DNA from: Octopus sinensis
Lineage: Eukaryota
Length of the DNA stretch: 64,000 nucleotides
Reading direction: 5' to 3'
Assembly: GCF_006345805.1 (NCBI RefSeq)
Contig: NC_043021.1
Location: forward strand, 3,720,001-3,784,000
Shown here piece by piece: positions 63,109-64,000 of the stretch. Each line of letters begins with the position of its first letter. Position 1 is the stretch's first letter. Both the position numbers and the translations under genes were made by a program. The notes beneath the pieces are model-generated. The model had not been told where the DNA came from. It searched no databases and saw nothing but the letters and a program-made list of their open reading frames with translations.

Positions 63109-64000
63109 CACAGAGTGTCACAAGGCTGGCCTTTTAAAATAGGGGTACAACTCATTTTTGCCAGCTGAGTGGACTGGAGCAACGTGAAATAAAGTGTCTT
63201 GCTCAAGGACACAATGCGTAACTGGGAATCGAACTCACAACCTTACAATCGTGAGCAGAATGCCCTAACCACTGAGCCACGCGCCTTCACAATGCTGGCA
63301 TAGGTTGAATGAGACTTACTGAATCAGTTTCTAAGGCTGGAAACTCTTCCTGTTGCTAACCCTTATTTGTAAGGTATTTTAAATTCATTTGTTTTTGTGA
63401 CATGGTACAATTGAGTGTAGGACGAACAACAACAACAAAAACAACAACACATCATTGCAGAATGTGACATGGAAATCTAAAAATAACAAAATATTGAAAC
63501 CTTGAGGTAAATAAATAATTATCTGCTTAGATAATAACATTCAGAAAATATTTATAAGTCTTTTTTTTTTTTTTTTTTTTGCTTCTTGAATATATCTGAT
63601 AATCTTATAAAACTTCAATCTTTTAGACTTAGGATTTATTTTATTATCTGAAAAGATATTGTTGAGAGCAACTTCTCTTTATTCAGTAGCACACATACAT
63701 ATTTAGGTAGTATTTAGAAGTATTTAGAAGTAGTGATTTGAGTTTTATAAATGTTAAAAACGGAAAGATTATACACAAGTTACTTCACTGAAATAAATGC
63801 TAACTTTGAAAAGACTGAATTTGTAAAAATAAAAGTAAAATTGAGTAAAATGAGTGCTAATGTACTTGTTTTGGTGATCCAATAAATTTTAGTTTCGGTA
63901 ATTAAAGTTAGTGATGAAGAACACAACAACAACAACAACGACAATAAGAATTGTTATTTTTAATGATTACTTCTGGTCAAAGAGGGCAAGGGAGACAATC

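Overview
AT-rich eukaryotic genomic DNA, dense in microsatellites and transposons. The repeat families look like those of an octopus (coleoid cephalopod); this is from recall, not a database search. The window holds the 5' ends of two divergently transcribed genes. On the minus strand is the first coding exon of a Slingshot cofilin phosphatase (MALVTIQRSPSPS..., 4395-4448); the rest of that gene lies left of the window. On the plus strand are eight phase-consistent coding exons of EFCAB5 (22845-59177, about 549 codons), including two micro-exons and an acidic exon; the gene continues past the right edge. From recall, SSH2 and EFCAB5 are also head-to-head neighbours in human, which would make this ancient microsynteny. 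The rest is SINEs, RTE/CR1/L1/R4 LINE fragments, Gypsy relics, Tc1/mariner relics and several MITE families, including four clustered Merlin-like MITEs. Two inverted repeat pairs that share private mutations each bracket a frame-preserving EFCAB5 exon cassette. There is no CRISPR array, rRNA or intact tRNA gene.
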